52,654 bases of DNA from a virus (taxonomy: Duplodnaviria > Caudoviricetes): IMG/VR virus record IMGVR_UViG_3300026488_000030, positions 1 to 52,654 of that record; one strand, 5' to 3'. Both the position numbers and the translations under genes were made by a program. Below the pieces are notes generated by a model. That model was not told the DNA's origin. It did no database searches and was given only the letters and a program-made list of their open reading frames with translations. Positions 9,325 through 19,926 of the stretch are shown here, piece after piece. Within the stretch, counting starts at the first letter, position 1. Every line of letters starts with the position of its first letter.

Positions 9325-11556
9325 TTAGTGAACGATTATGAATACGTTAATCTTCTCGATTGCTCTAATCGGTGTAATGTCAATGTACACATTCAATTCA
9401 CTTGTTGTATCATCAAATACAACATTAACACTAAACGATTTCAATACACTATATCTTTCTATTGCAGGATTCTCCAAGAACCTGTTCAAGAAGTTCGTTA
9501 CCCTAATATTAGCCTGATTTATCCAGAACTGTGTTGCTTTCCTCTGCAGTATATCCTTTAGCAATGGTGGTATCATCTTTCTGAGATATGCGACAAATTT
9601 AGCAACATGTAATCTCTTCAGTACTGACAATCTCTTCCAAGTTGTTAATTGTGTCAATATGTATTTACCATCAGGCTCTACTATAACTGGGTTGAGTTCT
9701 GCATCGATTAAATCGCCTCTTTCAGTATGATTGGCTCTGTATGCTAATTTAATTGGTTCTTGTATAGCGCCTTTTTCTATACCTGCAACAGGTTCAGCAA
9801 TGAAGTAAGCACCATCAACATACAGGTGTCTCTCTGTTGCATGGTAAACTGGCGTTATCCAAATTGGTTCACCAGAATATGGATCACTTATCTGTCTATA
9901 CTGTACATAGAGAGCTGCTGTCCAAGTATTCCATGGAACATCGTTCAATCTTGCATCTATATCATCCGAATATTTCCACTTAATACCACCAGTGTCTGCC
10001 AAAGTGATGCAGTCCTGTCTATCTTCGGACAGCTGTCTTGCACCATCTTCAACATCAGCTGGCCATCCACCAGCGAGTATGTAGTCTGGTAGATACCATG
10101 GATATGTGGATTCTCTCATCTGTTCAACGGAACCATCAACAGATTCGAGAGTACCGTTATATGCCCTCTTTACTTTTGCAAGATACTCAGGTGTTGGATT
10201 GAAGTTACCGACAATGTCATACTGACCTGTTCCATCTGTACCATTATCTAGTTTAATTCCACCAGTTGCAACTCCACCTTTGATTGTGTCGTATCTAGTT
10301 ACTCTTGGAGCTGAAGCGCTTAATTGTAACATAACTTTAAATCTATTATTTTCGGCTTCATCTCCGTAGATGAGGCTGTCGATACCCTGAGCATCTACAA
10401 CTCTGATGTATTTGGATCTTTCGTTGATTACATGTTTTATATAAAGTAAAGCGCCGGAACTGAGATCCCTTACATTAGAACCATCTGGTGTTTTTGGTAT
10501 GAGAGATACAGTCCACGGACCCTCGAGTAATGTTTCAACTCCGGTAACTGGGTCTTTGTAGTATATACCGATATCCATAAACATGAATTTGTACAAGACG
10601 TTTCCATCGTCATCCATGTACATCTTCTCTAAGTCAGTGTTTCTTACACCTCTGATGTAAATATTGTTGTAGTATTTTCCAGCACCTGTTGCATAGAAGT
10701 AGAATGGAACAGTGTTGTCTAATTCATCAAACGAATCTTCTTTTGTTATTTCTTTCTTCGATTTCTGAACGAATGTTAACAGTTTATAAATGTCTGATGT
10801 CACACTGGAGCCAGTGTATTTACCGCTAAGGTTTAAAACATACTGACTTGCTTCACTATCGTATTCTTTTGAAATAACTTGAAGCGCGTGACTTTTATCC
10901 TCTGAAGTTGGGTATATCCAGTCGCCGACGTTAATTTCTGCATAACCGTCCTGACTTGCAATTACTTTGTCAGAGTTATTTGTAAACTGGAACTGGTTGT
11001 CATCTGATTTGAACAGTATATAGGCATGACCAGTTCCACCAGTTCCACCATATGGACTAGCGAGTGTTATTGATTTAGCAGTTGTGTCAATAGCTGTGAC
11101 TTTTTGCGCGCTTGGTTCTGCATCATTTTCAAAGAATATATAATCACCAACCTTAACTTCAGCAATTCCTACATCATCAGTAGTAACCGTATCAGAACCA
11201 TTCGTGAATGTGAATCCTTCTGATTCTGTTTTTATTTTGTTGTCATCCACATTCTGAACATAAGCATTAGCCCAATATGCGTCGTCAGGAACTACTCTTG
11301 TAACGAGTAGATTGCTAGAATACTGTAAGAATTTTACTGCAACATAAGCCGATTGTGAGTATCTCTTTATATTTGGTTTGCCGAATAGCTGATAGAATTC
11401 GTCAAGAGATGTAACTTTAACAATTCTGTCATGTGGACCTTTAGGAGCAGCTATTACAACATAGCCTACTCTACCTACTTCGATTGCAGGTGCTACATAT
11501 GAAGCGTCTTCAATGGTGACGTATACGCCAGGTTCTCTTCTGTCTAATGTTGGCAT
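9325..11556 (-). CDS. contractile tail sheath protein
   Basis: N-terminal PGVYVTIED, F..LFGKP, LLVTRV; C-terminal EPVAG, LKRLHV, ITPIRAIEKINV. Confidence 0.92.
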   Translation of the reverse strand: MPTLDRREPGVYVTIEDASYVAPAIEVGRVGYVVIAAPKGPHDRIVKVTSLDEFYQLFGKPNIKRYSQSAYVAVKFLQYSSNLLVTRVVPDDAYWANAYVQNVDDNKIKTESEGFTFTNGSDTVTTDDVGIAEVKVGDYIFFENDAEPSAQKVTAIDTTAKSITLASPYGGTGGTGHAYILFKSDDNQFQFTNNSDKVIASQDGYAEINVGDWIYPTSEDKSHALQVISKEYDSEASQYVLNLSGKYTGSSVTSDIYKLLTFVQKSKKEITKEDSFDELDNTVPFYFYATGAGKYYNNIYIRGVRNTDLEKMYMDDDGNVLYKFMFMDIGIYYKDPVTGVETLLEGPWTVSLIPKTPDGSNVRDLSSGALLYIKHVINERSKYIRVVDAQGIDSLIYGDEAENNRFKVMLQLSASAPRVTRYDTIKGGVATGGIKLDNGTDGTGQYDIVGNFNPTPEYLAKVKRAYNGTLESVDGSVEQMRESTYPWYLPDYILAGGWPADVEDGARQLSEDRQDCITLADTGGIKWKYSDDIDARLNDVPWNTWTAALYVQYRQISDPYSGEPIWITPVYHATERHLYVDGAYFIAEPVAGIEKGAIQEPIKLAYRANHTERGDLIDAELNPVIVEPDGKYILTQLTTWKRLSVLKRLHVAKFVAYLRKMIPPLLKDILQRKATQFWINQANIRVTNFLNRFLENPAIERYSVLKSFSVNVVFDDTTSELNVYIDITPIRAIEKINVFIIVH

Positions 11557-11624
11557 TAGAATGTCCTCCTGTTTGTAACAAATTTAGATTTGAATTTTTT
11601 TGATAAAAGCGCCCGAATTTGAAC

Positions 11625-11782
11625 AAAGTGAACTACCGTGCCTAACTGTTTGCAGTCTGAACACGGTTTCCTGCCCAAGTTGGACAGGCACTCTTCCTAT
11701 TATCAGAAAAGCTGCGATCCACGGTCGATGCTGATTCATCCTGCTGCTGATTGTGTTGTGGTAGCAGAGGTATTTTCAGCGA
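11625..11782 (-). repeat. family B structured intergenic element, copy 1 (leader of sheath gene)
   Basis: similar to 27450-27613 and 28341-28470; hairpins accgtg..cacggt and cctgcccaa..ttggacagg. Confidence 0.85.
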
Positions 11783-11789
11783 GTGTTCG

Positions 11790-12443
11790 TTAAGTTCTTA
11801 TTGTCCAGTATATTTCGAATACACTATCTGGCTCTATCCATTTGGATGGAAAACAAATATGCGCGAACAATTTCGTCGTTGAACCATATACATAATACAA
11901 CCCAGCTTCGTTAATTTCAGTAGTGTCAGCTAAATCGCCGCTTTCAATCTTACATACACATAAAACGTCTGTGTAGTAATTAGTACCACCTTCTGAAGGT
12001 ATTTCAACCTGTTGGAATGTAATTTCGGAAATTGGTTTACATGCATGTTCAACGTTTGATGGTTCTGTTAAGTAACCGCTGTTATTTAGTGATATTGCAT
12101 TATACAGGTGTTCGTCATTACCAACAGGACCGTTTAATGTTACAACATTCTCACCATTACTGTTGGTGATGGTTGCACCGCCAGAACCAACTGCAAAATG
12201 TGATACTTTAAACTGTGTCCAACTGTTAGGGTTATCGCCGTTCATGTCAAATATTTTTTGTGCGACGAATTCTCTACCTAAACCAACAACCATGTTGGAG
12301 CCTTCAAATATTTTCTTGTTATTTTTGAAAATCTCAACCCAACCTGTTAAAGGACCTGGTAGTCTCTTGTTGGAATTAGCGCCGAATTTTGCTTTGTCTT
12401 TCAATGAATAAGCGTCGACTGTATGATACTTTTCGATTCTCAT
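11790..12443 (-). CDS. putative baseplate/tail-fibre attachment protein
   Basis: SD aaggag + ATG 12443; NMVVGLGREF, FAVGSGG, EINEAGLY, LFAHICF resemble myovirus baseplate/collar proteins. Confidence 0.55.
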   Translation of the reverse strand: MRIEKYHTVDAYSLKDKAKFGANSNKRLPGPLTGWVEIFKNNKKIFEGSNMVVGLGREFVAQKIFDMNGDNPNSWTQFKVSHFAVGSGGATITNSNGENVVTLNGPVGNDEHLYNAISLNNSGYLTEPSNVEHACKPISEITFQQVEIPSEGGTNYYTDVLCVCKIESGDLADTTEINEAGLYYVYGSTTKLFAHICFPSKWIEPDSVFEIYWTIRT

Positions 12444-12456
12444 GTTTTCACTCCTT

Positions 12457-14529
12457 TTATGACGTGGTGTATTCATCCGACACTGAAATATTGTCGGATG
12501 CAAATAGTTGTATTGTTTTAGTATGTTTATCAGAAAGATCTGACAAGGATGATACCGATAATTGTTTTAATGTTGAAAGAAAATGCATTCGCATTAGGTA
12601 ATCGATTGTTGATGTTTCATTGTGTTTGTAAAAACTGCTATAAATGGATAGCAAGATGATGTTGCCAATATAGTAAAATATGCGAGATTCGAGATTTGTT
12701 TCACTAATAGCGTATATCTGTTGAACAGATGGCTTGTGTAGCAATTGTTTGAAATTGTCGGGAAGATTTTGATTATCAATATTAAAGCGCCGGATTAGGT
12801 TCCTGAGTATCGACAATACAGCAGTTGATATTGATGTGATGAGTTTATTACTGAAACTATTGGTATCATTCGAAGGTGTTATGGAAATATCGTAGTCAGT
12901 GGTAATAGAGTAAGCTTCATCATCTACGTCTTCAGCGGTAAGTTGTCGAATTGATTTGACAACAGTCTCAAAATATGATAGAATAGAAATCGGCGCTGAT
13001 TTATTTTCTTTAACTAAATGATTAAATGATTCACCAATCGTTTCAATAGATATGTCTGTCAAATCAGTGACAATTTTGTAAATGTCATCAACCTTGTATG
13101 AATCAAGAACTGATACATATAGTTTAATCAACATTGACATTATAATACTAATTGGGCTTGTGGTGTTTAATCGTATCAACGAAGTTATTGTTTCACCAAT
13201 TGTTAATACTGATACAAGATACATCTTTAAGAACAATTGTTCTTCGTCAATAGGAGAAGCGGTTTGCATTGGATCATCAGCAATTAGACGTTGAGGCAAA
13301 GTCTTTTCAACGACTTCTACATGATATGGCTTGAGATGATATAGTATTTTATATGTCATCGAAGATTTTTTGATATCAATCTGTATCATTGGTAATGTTT
13401 CAAGAAAGTCGCTAATGTATTTATTAATTGTAGGATTTGGATTATTAGCGCCGAAAAGTGAAATGCTGACAAATAACTCGTTTAGTATTTGTGGTGTTTC
13501 AATTTCAACTGTAGTTCGACTAAGCCTATCTTCAATGTAATTGGCTAGCTCTTCATTATTTTGCTTTAGAATGTTTCGCAATTGATCAGCTGTTGTAGAT
13601 GGATTTGGACCAGTTGTTCGTATGTATTTTGCTAAATAATGGTCATAAAAGCGCTGAGCATCTACGGCTGATTTTATTTGGTTGAATTCAGAGACAATAT
13701 TGTCTAACTCTTCCAGTGTTGGACAATCACTTTGTGTTGATAGAATTGTTGCTAATATTTGATGGTCAAGCGCGGAAGTTGAGACGTTATAGTATCGTAA
13801 CAGTAAATAGTACCAAAGGCGAACTGTATCAGCCAAAGTTGCATTAGTGAAATGGTCAGAAAAGTATAGTGGAATCTGCTCGTTGCCTTGATATTTCATA
13901 AAAGTACAGAAAATCAACGCTTTAATTATTGAAATATGAACAGACTGATCCGAATAAAACATTAACAAATTGCTTTTTATTGGTAACACCAATGCGTTGT
14001 CTTGGTATAATTGCTCAAGCTCCTCTGGTGATATCAAAAGTGATGGTACTGTTTCATAAGCAATACGATACGGTACTGTTGGCATTTCTCTTGTTGAAAC
14101 ACCTTTGTATACAATTCTTGGTCGTAGTACCCATTCATTTGATTCATTGTCACGATCAATGTATAATTCTGCAATTGAGAAGTTCTCATTGAATGCTGTT
14201 GCTAGTTTGTTTAAGAATTTAATTGAACCTTTATAGCGCGTGAAATCAGACAGGGAACGAATTAATAGTTCTTTTGTATAAGTTGATGCATTTTGTATTA
14301 CTGATTCCGGAAATCCAAGTTCAATTAATATTTTGTCGTATAAGTCTGTATCAATTTGTTGTTTGTCAAGGTAATTAATAACCTTTTCGGGAGTATTTTC
14401 GTATAGCTCCTTTAAGTAATTGTCGGTTATATAATCCATCAACAATTGATACAATTCTTCTTCTTTGTACGGTTTATATTGCTTTAAATATTCATCAACG
14501 TATGTTTTTACATTGTCAAACGTACTCAT
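12457..14529 (-). CDS. putative baseplate wedge / virion structural protein
   Basis: long ORF in tail module; RYKGS and LKPYHVE motifs typical of wedge-like proteins. Confidence 0.45.
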   Translation of the reverse strand: MSTFDNVKTYVDEYLKQYKPYKEEELYQLLMDYITDNYLKELYENTPEKVINYLDKQQIDTDLYDKILIELGFPESVIQNASTYTKELLIRSLSDFTRYKGSIKFLNKLATAFNENFSIAELYIDRDNESNEWVLRPRIVYKGVSTREMPTVPYRIAYETVPSLLISPEELEQLYQDNALVLPIKSNLLMFYSDQSVHISIIKALIFCTFMKYQGNEQIPLYFSDHFTNATLADTVRLWYYLLLRYYNVSTSALDHQILATILSTQSDCPTLEELDNIVSEFNQIKSAVDAQRFYDHYLAKYIRTTGPNPSTTADQLRNILKQNNEELANYIEDRLSRTTVEIETPQILNELFVSISLFGANNPNPTINKYISDFLETLPMIQIDIKKSSMTYKILYHLKPYHVEVVEKTLPQRLIADDPMQTASPIDEEQLFLKMYLVSVLTIGETITSLIRLNTTSPISIIMSMLIKLYVSVLDSYKVDDIYKIVTDLTDISIETIGESFNHLVKENKSAPISILSYFETVVKSIRQLTAEDVDDEAYSITTDYDISITPSNDTNSFSNKLITSISTAVLSILRNLIRRFNIDNQNLPDNFKQLLHKPSVQQIYAISETNLESRIFYYIGNIILLSIYSSFYKHNETSTIDYLMRMHFLSTLKQLSVSSLSDLSDKHTKTIQLFASDNISVSDEYTTS

Positions 14530-14538
14530 GATGTGCTC

Positions 14539-15537
14539 CTACTGTTGTATAATTTGATTGTTTAGAAGCTGAAGATGACGGTAATGTTTTACGAGTCGTA
14601 GTGTTGAGTTTGTGAATGAGAGTAAATTATTAGCGCTGAAATCTGCGTCTGGTGTATATTCGTATTCGATTGGAGTATCATCAGTTTTAGTGATGTAGTG
14701 GTATGTTCGATGCGAGTCAGTGTCAAATTCAGGTGATGTCAAGTCAACCGATGTGTCATCTGGTTCATCAATCAAGTGGAAGAAACCGTATGGAACATAC
14801 AGGTTGCTAAAAATTCGATTATAGTTGTTGTTGAATTGCCTGGCTAATGTTGCGAGTAGTAAGTTCATTTCAACTGGAATTTTGTCATCAACGATGTAGT
14901 AATCGGAATTGTAGTTGAATCTCGGCGCTGTTTCCTCATTAATCAATTTATCCATATCACCTAACGTTTTCATTTTCTCCTGATACACATTATACGGCAA
15001 ATAGCTTTCTAACATAAAGTCATACACATACCTGTTAACGACATTTATCTCACTAACGTCTTTAATTGGAGCGTATTCGCCATATACCTCATACCAGTAC
15101 AAGTTCTTATACGGTTGTTTCGGAAATTCAAGCACAGTTCTAAAATTGTTAACGCGGAATATCTCTTTTGCGCGCTTTGCTGGATTATAAAAAACAATCA
15201 AATCATTTATTCGCGGGTATCTAATTGTAAATATTGATACCGTTAATATACTGTCAAATATATTACCAATCGTATCTGGTGATTCAATTGGTGTATTTGA
15301 TAACGGTGTTACATAAAATGCTGGAGTAAAATCATATAAATCAAATTTAATACCACTAGTATGATATCTGTCAAATGATGCTTTAGTATCTGGGTCAACT
15401 GATGATTCATTAATATTGATGTTGTAATATGCTATTAGCTGAGATGTTGCGTTAATGTTTGCATATTTTGCTAAATGTTGAAGGTATTCTTCTTGATATT
15501 GTTGAAGCGCGAAAGGTTGCATTGCTGTGTTTAACAT
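14539..15537 (-). CDS. putative virion (neck/head-completion-like) protein
   Basis: SD aggag + ATG 15537; YYNIN, PRINDLIVF, IFRV; structural context. Confidence 0.4.
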   Translation of the reverse strand: MLNTAMQPFALQQYQEEYLQHLAKYANINATSQLIAYYNININESSVDPDTKASFDRYHTSGIKFDLYDFTPAFYVTPLSNTPIESPDTIGNIFDSILTVSIFTIRYPRINDLIVFYNPAKRAKEIFRVNNFRTVLEFPKQPYKNLYWYEVYGEYAPIKDVSEINVVNRYVYDFMLESYLPYNVYQEKMKTLGDMDKLINEETAPRFNYNSDYYIVDDKIPVEMNLLLATLARQFNNNYNRIFSNLYVPYGFFHLIDEPDDTSVDLTSPEFDTDSHRTYHYITKTDDTPIEYEYTPDADFSANNLLSFTNSTLRLVKHYRHLQLLNNQIIQQ

Positions 15538-15621
15538 AAGCAACTCCTGATTGGAATTTGGTTGCTGAAAGAAACAGAAATCTTTATAGAGAAAATGAAA
15601 AATTTGAGGAGGTATGTCGTT

Positions 15622-16329
15622 ATGTTTCTAGAACAAATTTTATTTGACCCTGCAAGGGAGAAATTTGCAATCGGTAGTAGTGATGGAACAGTATTGTCAA
15701 TTGGTGAAATGAAGTTGTCTAGGAAAACGAATGAACGTATTGACACGTTCAATATGTTGATGGAACAGTTACAGTTGCCAGTTATAGCAAAGGTAACTGG
15801 AGAGTCAGATGATGGTAAGTATTTAATGGTTGAACTCGAGCAAGAACTGGCGCTTAATAATCATTTTATTTCAATTAAAAGCGCCGATAATTACCGAAAA
15901 TACGAACAAATACCAATCGAAAAAACGTACACTACAACTACATCATACGACACTAACTTCATACCAGCAAATATGAAGTTATTTTACTATGTATCTGAAT
16001 CACCTAATAGTTACGGATTTATAATGACAATGTCATTTAATGGTAAGTATGTTGCATACTTCACTGTAAATAAAGAAGGTGAAGTAGTAGAAGGAATACC
16101 AACGTCATTGACAATGTGTAAGAAATATGTTGCAATATTTAATAGAATATGGAATCAGTTTGTTGTAATAATGAATCATAAGCGCCAGGTTTTAGTAACA
16201 ACATTGGCGGATCAGTTACTTAAAGATGGCGTATTCGACAAATATGGAGATGAAGTAATTGTTAGAATGGTTAGGAATTGGAATAGCGCTGAAACTGAAT
16301 ACGGTGTAATCGCAAAATACATTGACTAA
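15622..16329 (+). CDS. hypothetical protein inserted antisense in the structural module
   Basis: SD gaggagg + ATG 15622; own terminator. Confidence 0.7.
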   Translation: MFLEQILFDPAREKFAIGSSDGTVLSIGEMKLSRKTNERIDTFNMLMEQLQLPVIAKVTGESDDGKYLMVELEQELALNNHFISIKSADNYRKYEQIPIEKTYTTTTSYDTNFIPANMKLFYYVSESPNSYGFIMTMSFNGKYVAYFTVNKEGEVVEGIPTSLTMCKKYVAIFNRIWNQFVVIMNHKRQVLVTTLADQLLKDGVFDKYGDEVIVRMVRNWNSAETEYGVIAKYID

Positions 16330-16335
16330 AGTGAA

Positions 16336-16370
16336 ACCCGTCTACCATTACAGGTAGGCGGGTTATTTTT
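16336..16370 (+). terminator. intrinsic (probably bidirectional) terminator
   Basis: acccgtctacc-attaca-ggtaggcgggt + tattttt between convergent genes. Confidence 0.75.
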
Positions 16371-16386
16371 GTCGAAAAATTGCGCG

Positions 16387-16749
16387 CTAATCCCTAACAA
16401 CAACAAACAATATCACATCCTCATCTTCCAAGTAACAATTCTCCACCACATTCAACCATACGTATCCCACCTTCTTCGTATCAAAAGCAATAAACTCTAT
16501 ATACTTCCCCGCATTCGGGGGCATTACTACATCATATTGCGCTGGGTCAAACACATCAACTTGCGCGCTATTACAAATAGTATATTCAGGATTCATACAC
16601 TTATACGGTACCAAATAATTAAAATCTTTAGTAATCGTAAGCTTATTCCCTCTCCTAACCAACACTTTCGTTTTTATATCACCAGTTGATGTAGCGATAT
16701 ATACTGGTTTAGTGAAATCTGTAAAGAGTGGTATTAATATATTTGCCAT
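16387..16749 (-). CDS. hypothetical protein
   Basis: SD-like aggtga; operon position. Confidence 0.65.
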   Translation of the reverse strand: MANILIPLFTDFTKPVYIATSTGDIKTKVLVRRGNKLTITKDFNYLVPYKCMNPEYTICNSAQVDVFDPAQYDVVMPPNAGKYIEFIAFDTKKVGYVWLNVVENCYLEDEDVILFVVVRD

Positions 16750-16788
16750 TATTTCACCTTCCTATTGTATCTGACATTCTTCAGTGAA

Positions 16789-17904
16789 CTAAGCGTTAGA
16801 TGTTGCTGATAAACCATATCTCTTAACAGTCAAATCACCGAAGTCTGTAGCATTTGATGGAGTAGGTATGGTGATGTAGTCGATAGTGTTGAAGTGTGAT
16901 GAACCATTCCGACCACCACCGAATACACCACGGTCGTTAGTACCGTTAGATGTTGCTGATAAATTACTTCTTGCAACAGTCAAATCACCGAAGTCTGTAG
17001 CATCTGATGGAGTAGATATAGTGATATAGTCGATAGTGTTGAATCGTGATGAATCATTATAACCACCACCGAATACACCACGGTCGTTAGTACCGTTAGA
17101 TGTTGCTGATAAAGCACTTCTCGCAATAGTCAAATCACCGAAGTCCGTAGCATTTGATGGAGTAGGTATGGTGATGTAACTAATGACATTTACTATTGTT
17201 CCACTATTGTTCAAGTATAAATATGTCTCACCAAACACACCACGGTCGTTAGTACCGTTAGATGTTGCACATCCAGTTCTAACACACTGTGTTAAATCAC
17301 CGAAATCAGTAGCATCTGATGGAGTAGATATGGTGATGTAGTCGATAGTGTTCATACAGTGAACTGAACCATTACTACCACCACCAAACACACCACGGTC
17401 GTTAGTACCGTTAGATGTTGCTGATAAACCACGTCTCACAACTGTCAAATCACCGAAGTCTGTAGCATCTGATGGAGTAGATATGGTGATATAGTCGATA
17501 GTGTTGAAGTGTGATGAACCATTAGCACCACCACCAAATACACCACGGTCGTTGATACCATTGGATGTTGCTGATGAAGCACGTCTTATAACGGTCAAAT
17601 CACCGAAGTCCGTAGCATCTGATGGAGTAGATATGGTGATGTAGTCGATAGTGTTGAAGTGTGATGAACCATCATAACCACCACCGAATACACCAGTGTC
17701 ACCACAAGGGAGTGAACCTGTACAGTTACCGGAATTTGATAACGCTACCCACCTGTTGTTAGGTTGATCGTAAACAAATAACGTATCGTTGTTCGTGTCG
17801 TACCAGAGCTGATTGTGAAATGGCGATGATGGTGCTGTATCAGAAACGTAGACGAAGTTTTTGCTTTTTGTTGGGTCTGGAGTTATAGGGTCAAGTATGA
17901 ACAT
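16789..17904 (-). CDS. 6-bladed Kelch-like beta-propeller, putative virion adhesin (paralogue 1)
   Basis: six ~50-aa repeats RGVFGGG..NTIDYITISTPSDATDFGDLT..R..LSATSNGTND; N-terminal APSSP..QLWY virion-attachment-like motif. Confidence 0.75.
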   Translation of the reverse strand: MFILDPITPDPTKSKNFVYVSDTAPSSPFHNQLWYDTNNDTLFVYDQPNNRWVALSNSGNCTGSLPCGDTGVFGGGYDGSSHFNTIDYITISTPSDATDFGDLTVIRRASSATSNGINDRGVFGGGANGSSHFNTIDYITISTPSDATDFGDLTVVRRGLSATSNGTNDRGVFGGGSNGSVHCMNTIDYITISTPSDATDFGDLTQCVRTGCATSNGTNDRGVFGETYLYLNNSGTIVNVISYITIPTPSNATDFGDLTIARSALSATSNGTNDRGVFGGGYNDSSRFNTIDYITISTPSDATDFGDLTVARSNLSATSNGTNDRGVFGGGRNGSSHFNTIDYITIPTPSNATDFGDLTVKRYGLSATSNA

Positions 17905-17929
17905 TTATACCTCCTTGGTTGGAAACGAA

Positions 17930-18466
17930 CTAAACTGTAACATTAACAGTATGCGCTTGTTCATTAATGCGTAGACTAATAACAATATTATAGTAAGAAG
18001 CAATACCATTACTGGTATTACTAATTGTAACATTCTCAAGTTTAATGGGAACTTGTAAGTCGTTAGCGATTACATTAATAATATTTTGTACTTCTTGGTC
18101 AATAAGTAGTTTACGTGTAGCAGTATCACGAGTTTGAAGATTTTGTTTTAAGTGACTACCGAAGATTGGATCAAAAGGATAGTCATATTGTGATGTGAGT
18201 AGATAGTTTTTGAGATATTCTTTGATAAGCGCGGAAATTTCGTCGATTGGTGTAAAGTCTGCCTTTTCACTTAGATGTGGTTTGAAGTCGAATACCTGCT
18301 TGTATGTGATTACATCTTCTTTCTGTTGTTGTTGAATATGATTTGAAATAAGCGCCTGAATTTCCGCAGGTAATTGGTCTAATTCATAAACGGAAGACCT
18401 AGTGCGAATACTTAAAGGTATTCGCTGGTATATTTCAGGTGGGAGCTCTCGCAGATCAACTAACAT
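17930..18466 (-). CDS. T4 gp25-like baseplate wedge/sheath initiator
   Basis: YPFDPIFGSHL resembles the gp25 R/YPxxPxFG motif. Confidence 0.6.
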   Translation of the reverse strand: MLVDLRELPPEIYQRIPLSIRTRSSVYELDQLPAEIQALISNHIQQQQKEDVITYKQVFDFKPHLSEKADFTPIDEISALIKEYLKNYLLTSQYDYPFDPIFGSHLKQNLQTRDTATRKLLIDQEVQNIINVIANDLQVPIKLENVTISNTSNGIASYYNIVISLRINEQAHTVNVTV

Positions 18467-18478
18467 GGTTGGCTCCTT

Positions 18479-18742
18479 TTACTGTTTGAAGCGTTTCTCG
18501 ATTTGTCCTCGCTGTTGCTGTAGACGTTCTAACTCATGCTTTTTATCATCAGCAAACATTTTCAAAGTGTCTGCATATATTGGATATGGTAGTTTCAGTA
18601 TTGAGTCAATGTCAGGAACAACACCGTCGTTAATATAACGAAGAAGACGAACGGTCTCAATGAAACCGTCATAAGCCTTCTTCGGTGCTTGCGGGTCCAA
18701 ATATTGCTCGCCGAAGAAATTGTAGTTCAATGTCAATGTCAT
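18479..18742 (-). CDS. gp51-like small hub-assembly/chaperone segment (start uncertain; possibly fused by frameshift)
   Basis: DSILKLPYPIYADTLKMFADDKKHELE helical tail; overlaps end of upstream gene in the +1 frame. Confidence 0.4.
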   Translation of the reverse strand: MTLTLNYNFFGEQYLDPQAPKKAYDGFIETVRLLRYINDGVVPDIDSILKLPYPIYADTLKMFADDKKHELERLQQQRGQIEKRFKQ

Positions 18743-19613
18743 GTGTCCAGGAGTGATTACATGCTGGACATGTGATATTGGTGTAATATTTGATGATGTA
18801 GTCTTTGAAATGTTCATCGTAAAGCGCCAGAATTTGGTCGCCTACATCATATGATATATGCTTTTCGTATGCAATCAGTATTTCCTGTGTTGAGTCAGTC
18901 TCAGTAATAAACTCGAGTTTGTCAACCAGTTCAGAAACCGGCGCTTTTCTCTCTTTAATCTCCTTCAATATACCTTCATCTTCCGGTTTCTTAAACAATG
19001 CAATATTTCCAGTAATCAATGTTAATTGTAAAGGTTTAGTAAATATAGCGCCTAAATTATTAATGTTTTCATTTAACTCATATGATGGTACTAATGATAA
19101 CAACTTCAAATGGTCTCTAACAGACGGTAACTTTAGTTTAACACCATATACCACACTTTCACTTGGAACTAATACATAGTAACCATATTCATTAAATGGT
19201 ACATCCTTATCCCAAGGATGGAATGTGTCTGGATGTATTAATTCGTCTAAAGTTACTTCACGGGTGAATTTTTCTTCACATTCTGGACAGATAAATGAGA
19301 CTTTGCCTAATGTTTTATATGTAGATTTATAAAGCGCCCAAATTAGCGAGATTTTGTCTAAGTTCGATAACTTGTCTTGAAATTCGGTGAATGACAGTTT
19401 TAGCTCTTCACTACCTTTAAACAGTTTCGTTTTGTTGTAAAGCAGTTTCAACATCTGCTTTTCGTAATTGACTGGCGATACGATAGAGCTTTTAAGGGAT
19501 ATGTCATCACCAACCATTAGTGGTGAAACAACAGCACCTAGTTTTGCTATTGGTAATGTAGTTTCAGTACTGAGTACTGATATCTCGCTTAATTTACCTA
19601 AGAAATCACTCAT
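18669..19613 (-). CDS. T4 gp26-like baseplate hub assembly protein
   Basis: two CxxC zinc motifs (CPEC, CPAC), LKLPSVRD; context. Confidence 0.6.
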   Translation of the reverse strand: MSDFLGKLSEISVLSTETTLPIAKLGAVVSPLMVGDDISLKSSIVSPVNYEKQMLKLLYNKTKLFKGSEELKLSFTEFQDKLSNLDKISLIWALYKSTYKTLGKVSFICPECEEKFTREVTLDELIHPDTFHPWDKDVPFNEYGYYVLVPSESVVYGVKLKLPSVRDHLKLLSLVPSYELNENINNLGAIFTKPLQLTLITGNIALFKKPEDEGILKEIKERKAPVSELVDKLEFITETDSTQEILIAYEKHISYDVGDQILALYDEHFKDYIIKYYTNITCPACNHSWTHDIDIELQFLRRAIFGPASTEEGL

Positions 19614-19652
19614 TTGTCTCCTCCCCTTATTGATTGCAGTTTTAAGTTATAG

Positions 19653-19850
19653 TTTAGCGCGCAAAATGCGGTGGTTATTACAAGTGGCTGAAAACTGTTA
19701 GCCAATAGCGCTTAAACATGCGCATATAGCGACGTAAACGCGCCTATATGCGACGATATGAGCGTCATCAATATAAAACATTGAATTCGACTGTATCGTC
19801 GCGTATATGCGAAGTATGTCGCTATTAGAGCTAGGTTGTTGATTGGACTC
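19653..19850 (+). repeat. family A element, copy 4 (core 19726-19825)
   Basis: tttagcgcgc start module + 100-bp core. Confidence 0.95.
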
Positions 19851-19888
19851 GCAAAAATGCGCGCTTAATAAATAAAAATACAAAAAAC

Positions 19889-19916
19889 AAAAAGCAGTAG
19901 CCTTTTGGCTACTGCT
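19889..19916 (-). terminator. intrinsic terminator after major capsid gene
   Basis: agcagtagcc-tttt-ggctactgct with A-run. Confidence 0.85.
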
Positions 19917-19926
19917 ATCTATCTAC

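Noticed and set aside
11625-11782. Hammerhead ribozyme or tRNA in family A or B
   Set aside because: No conserved CUGANGA/GAAA core across copies and no T-loop/anticodon cloverleaf.
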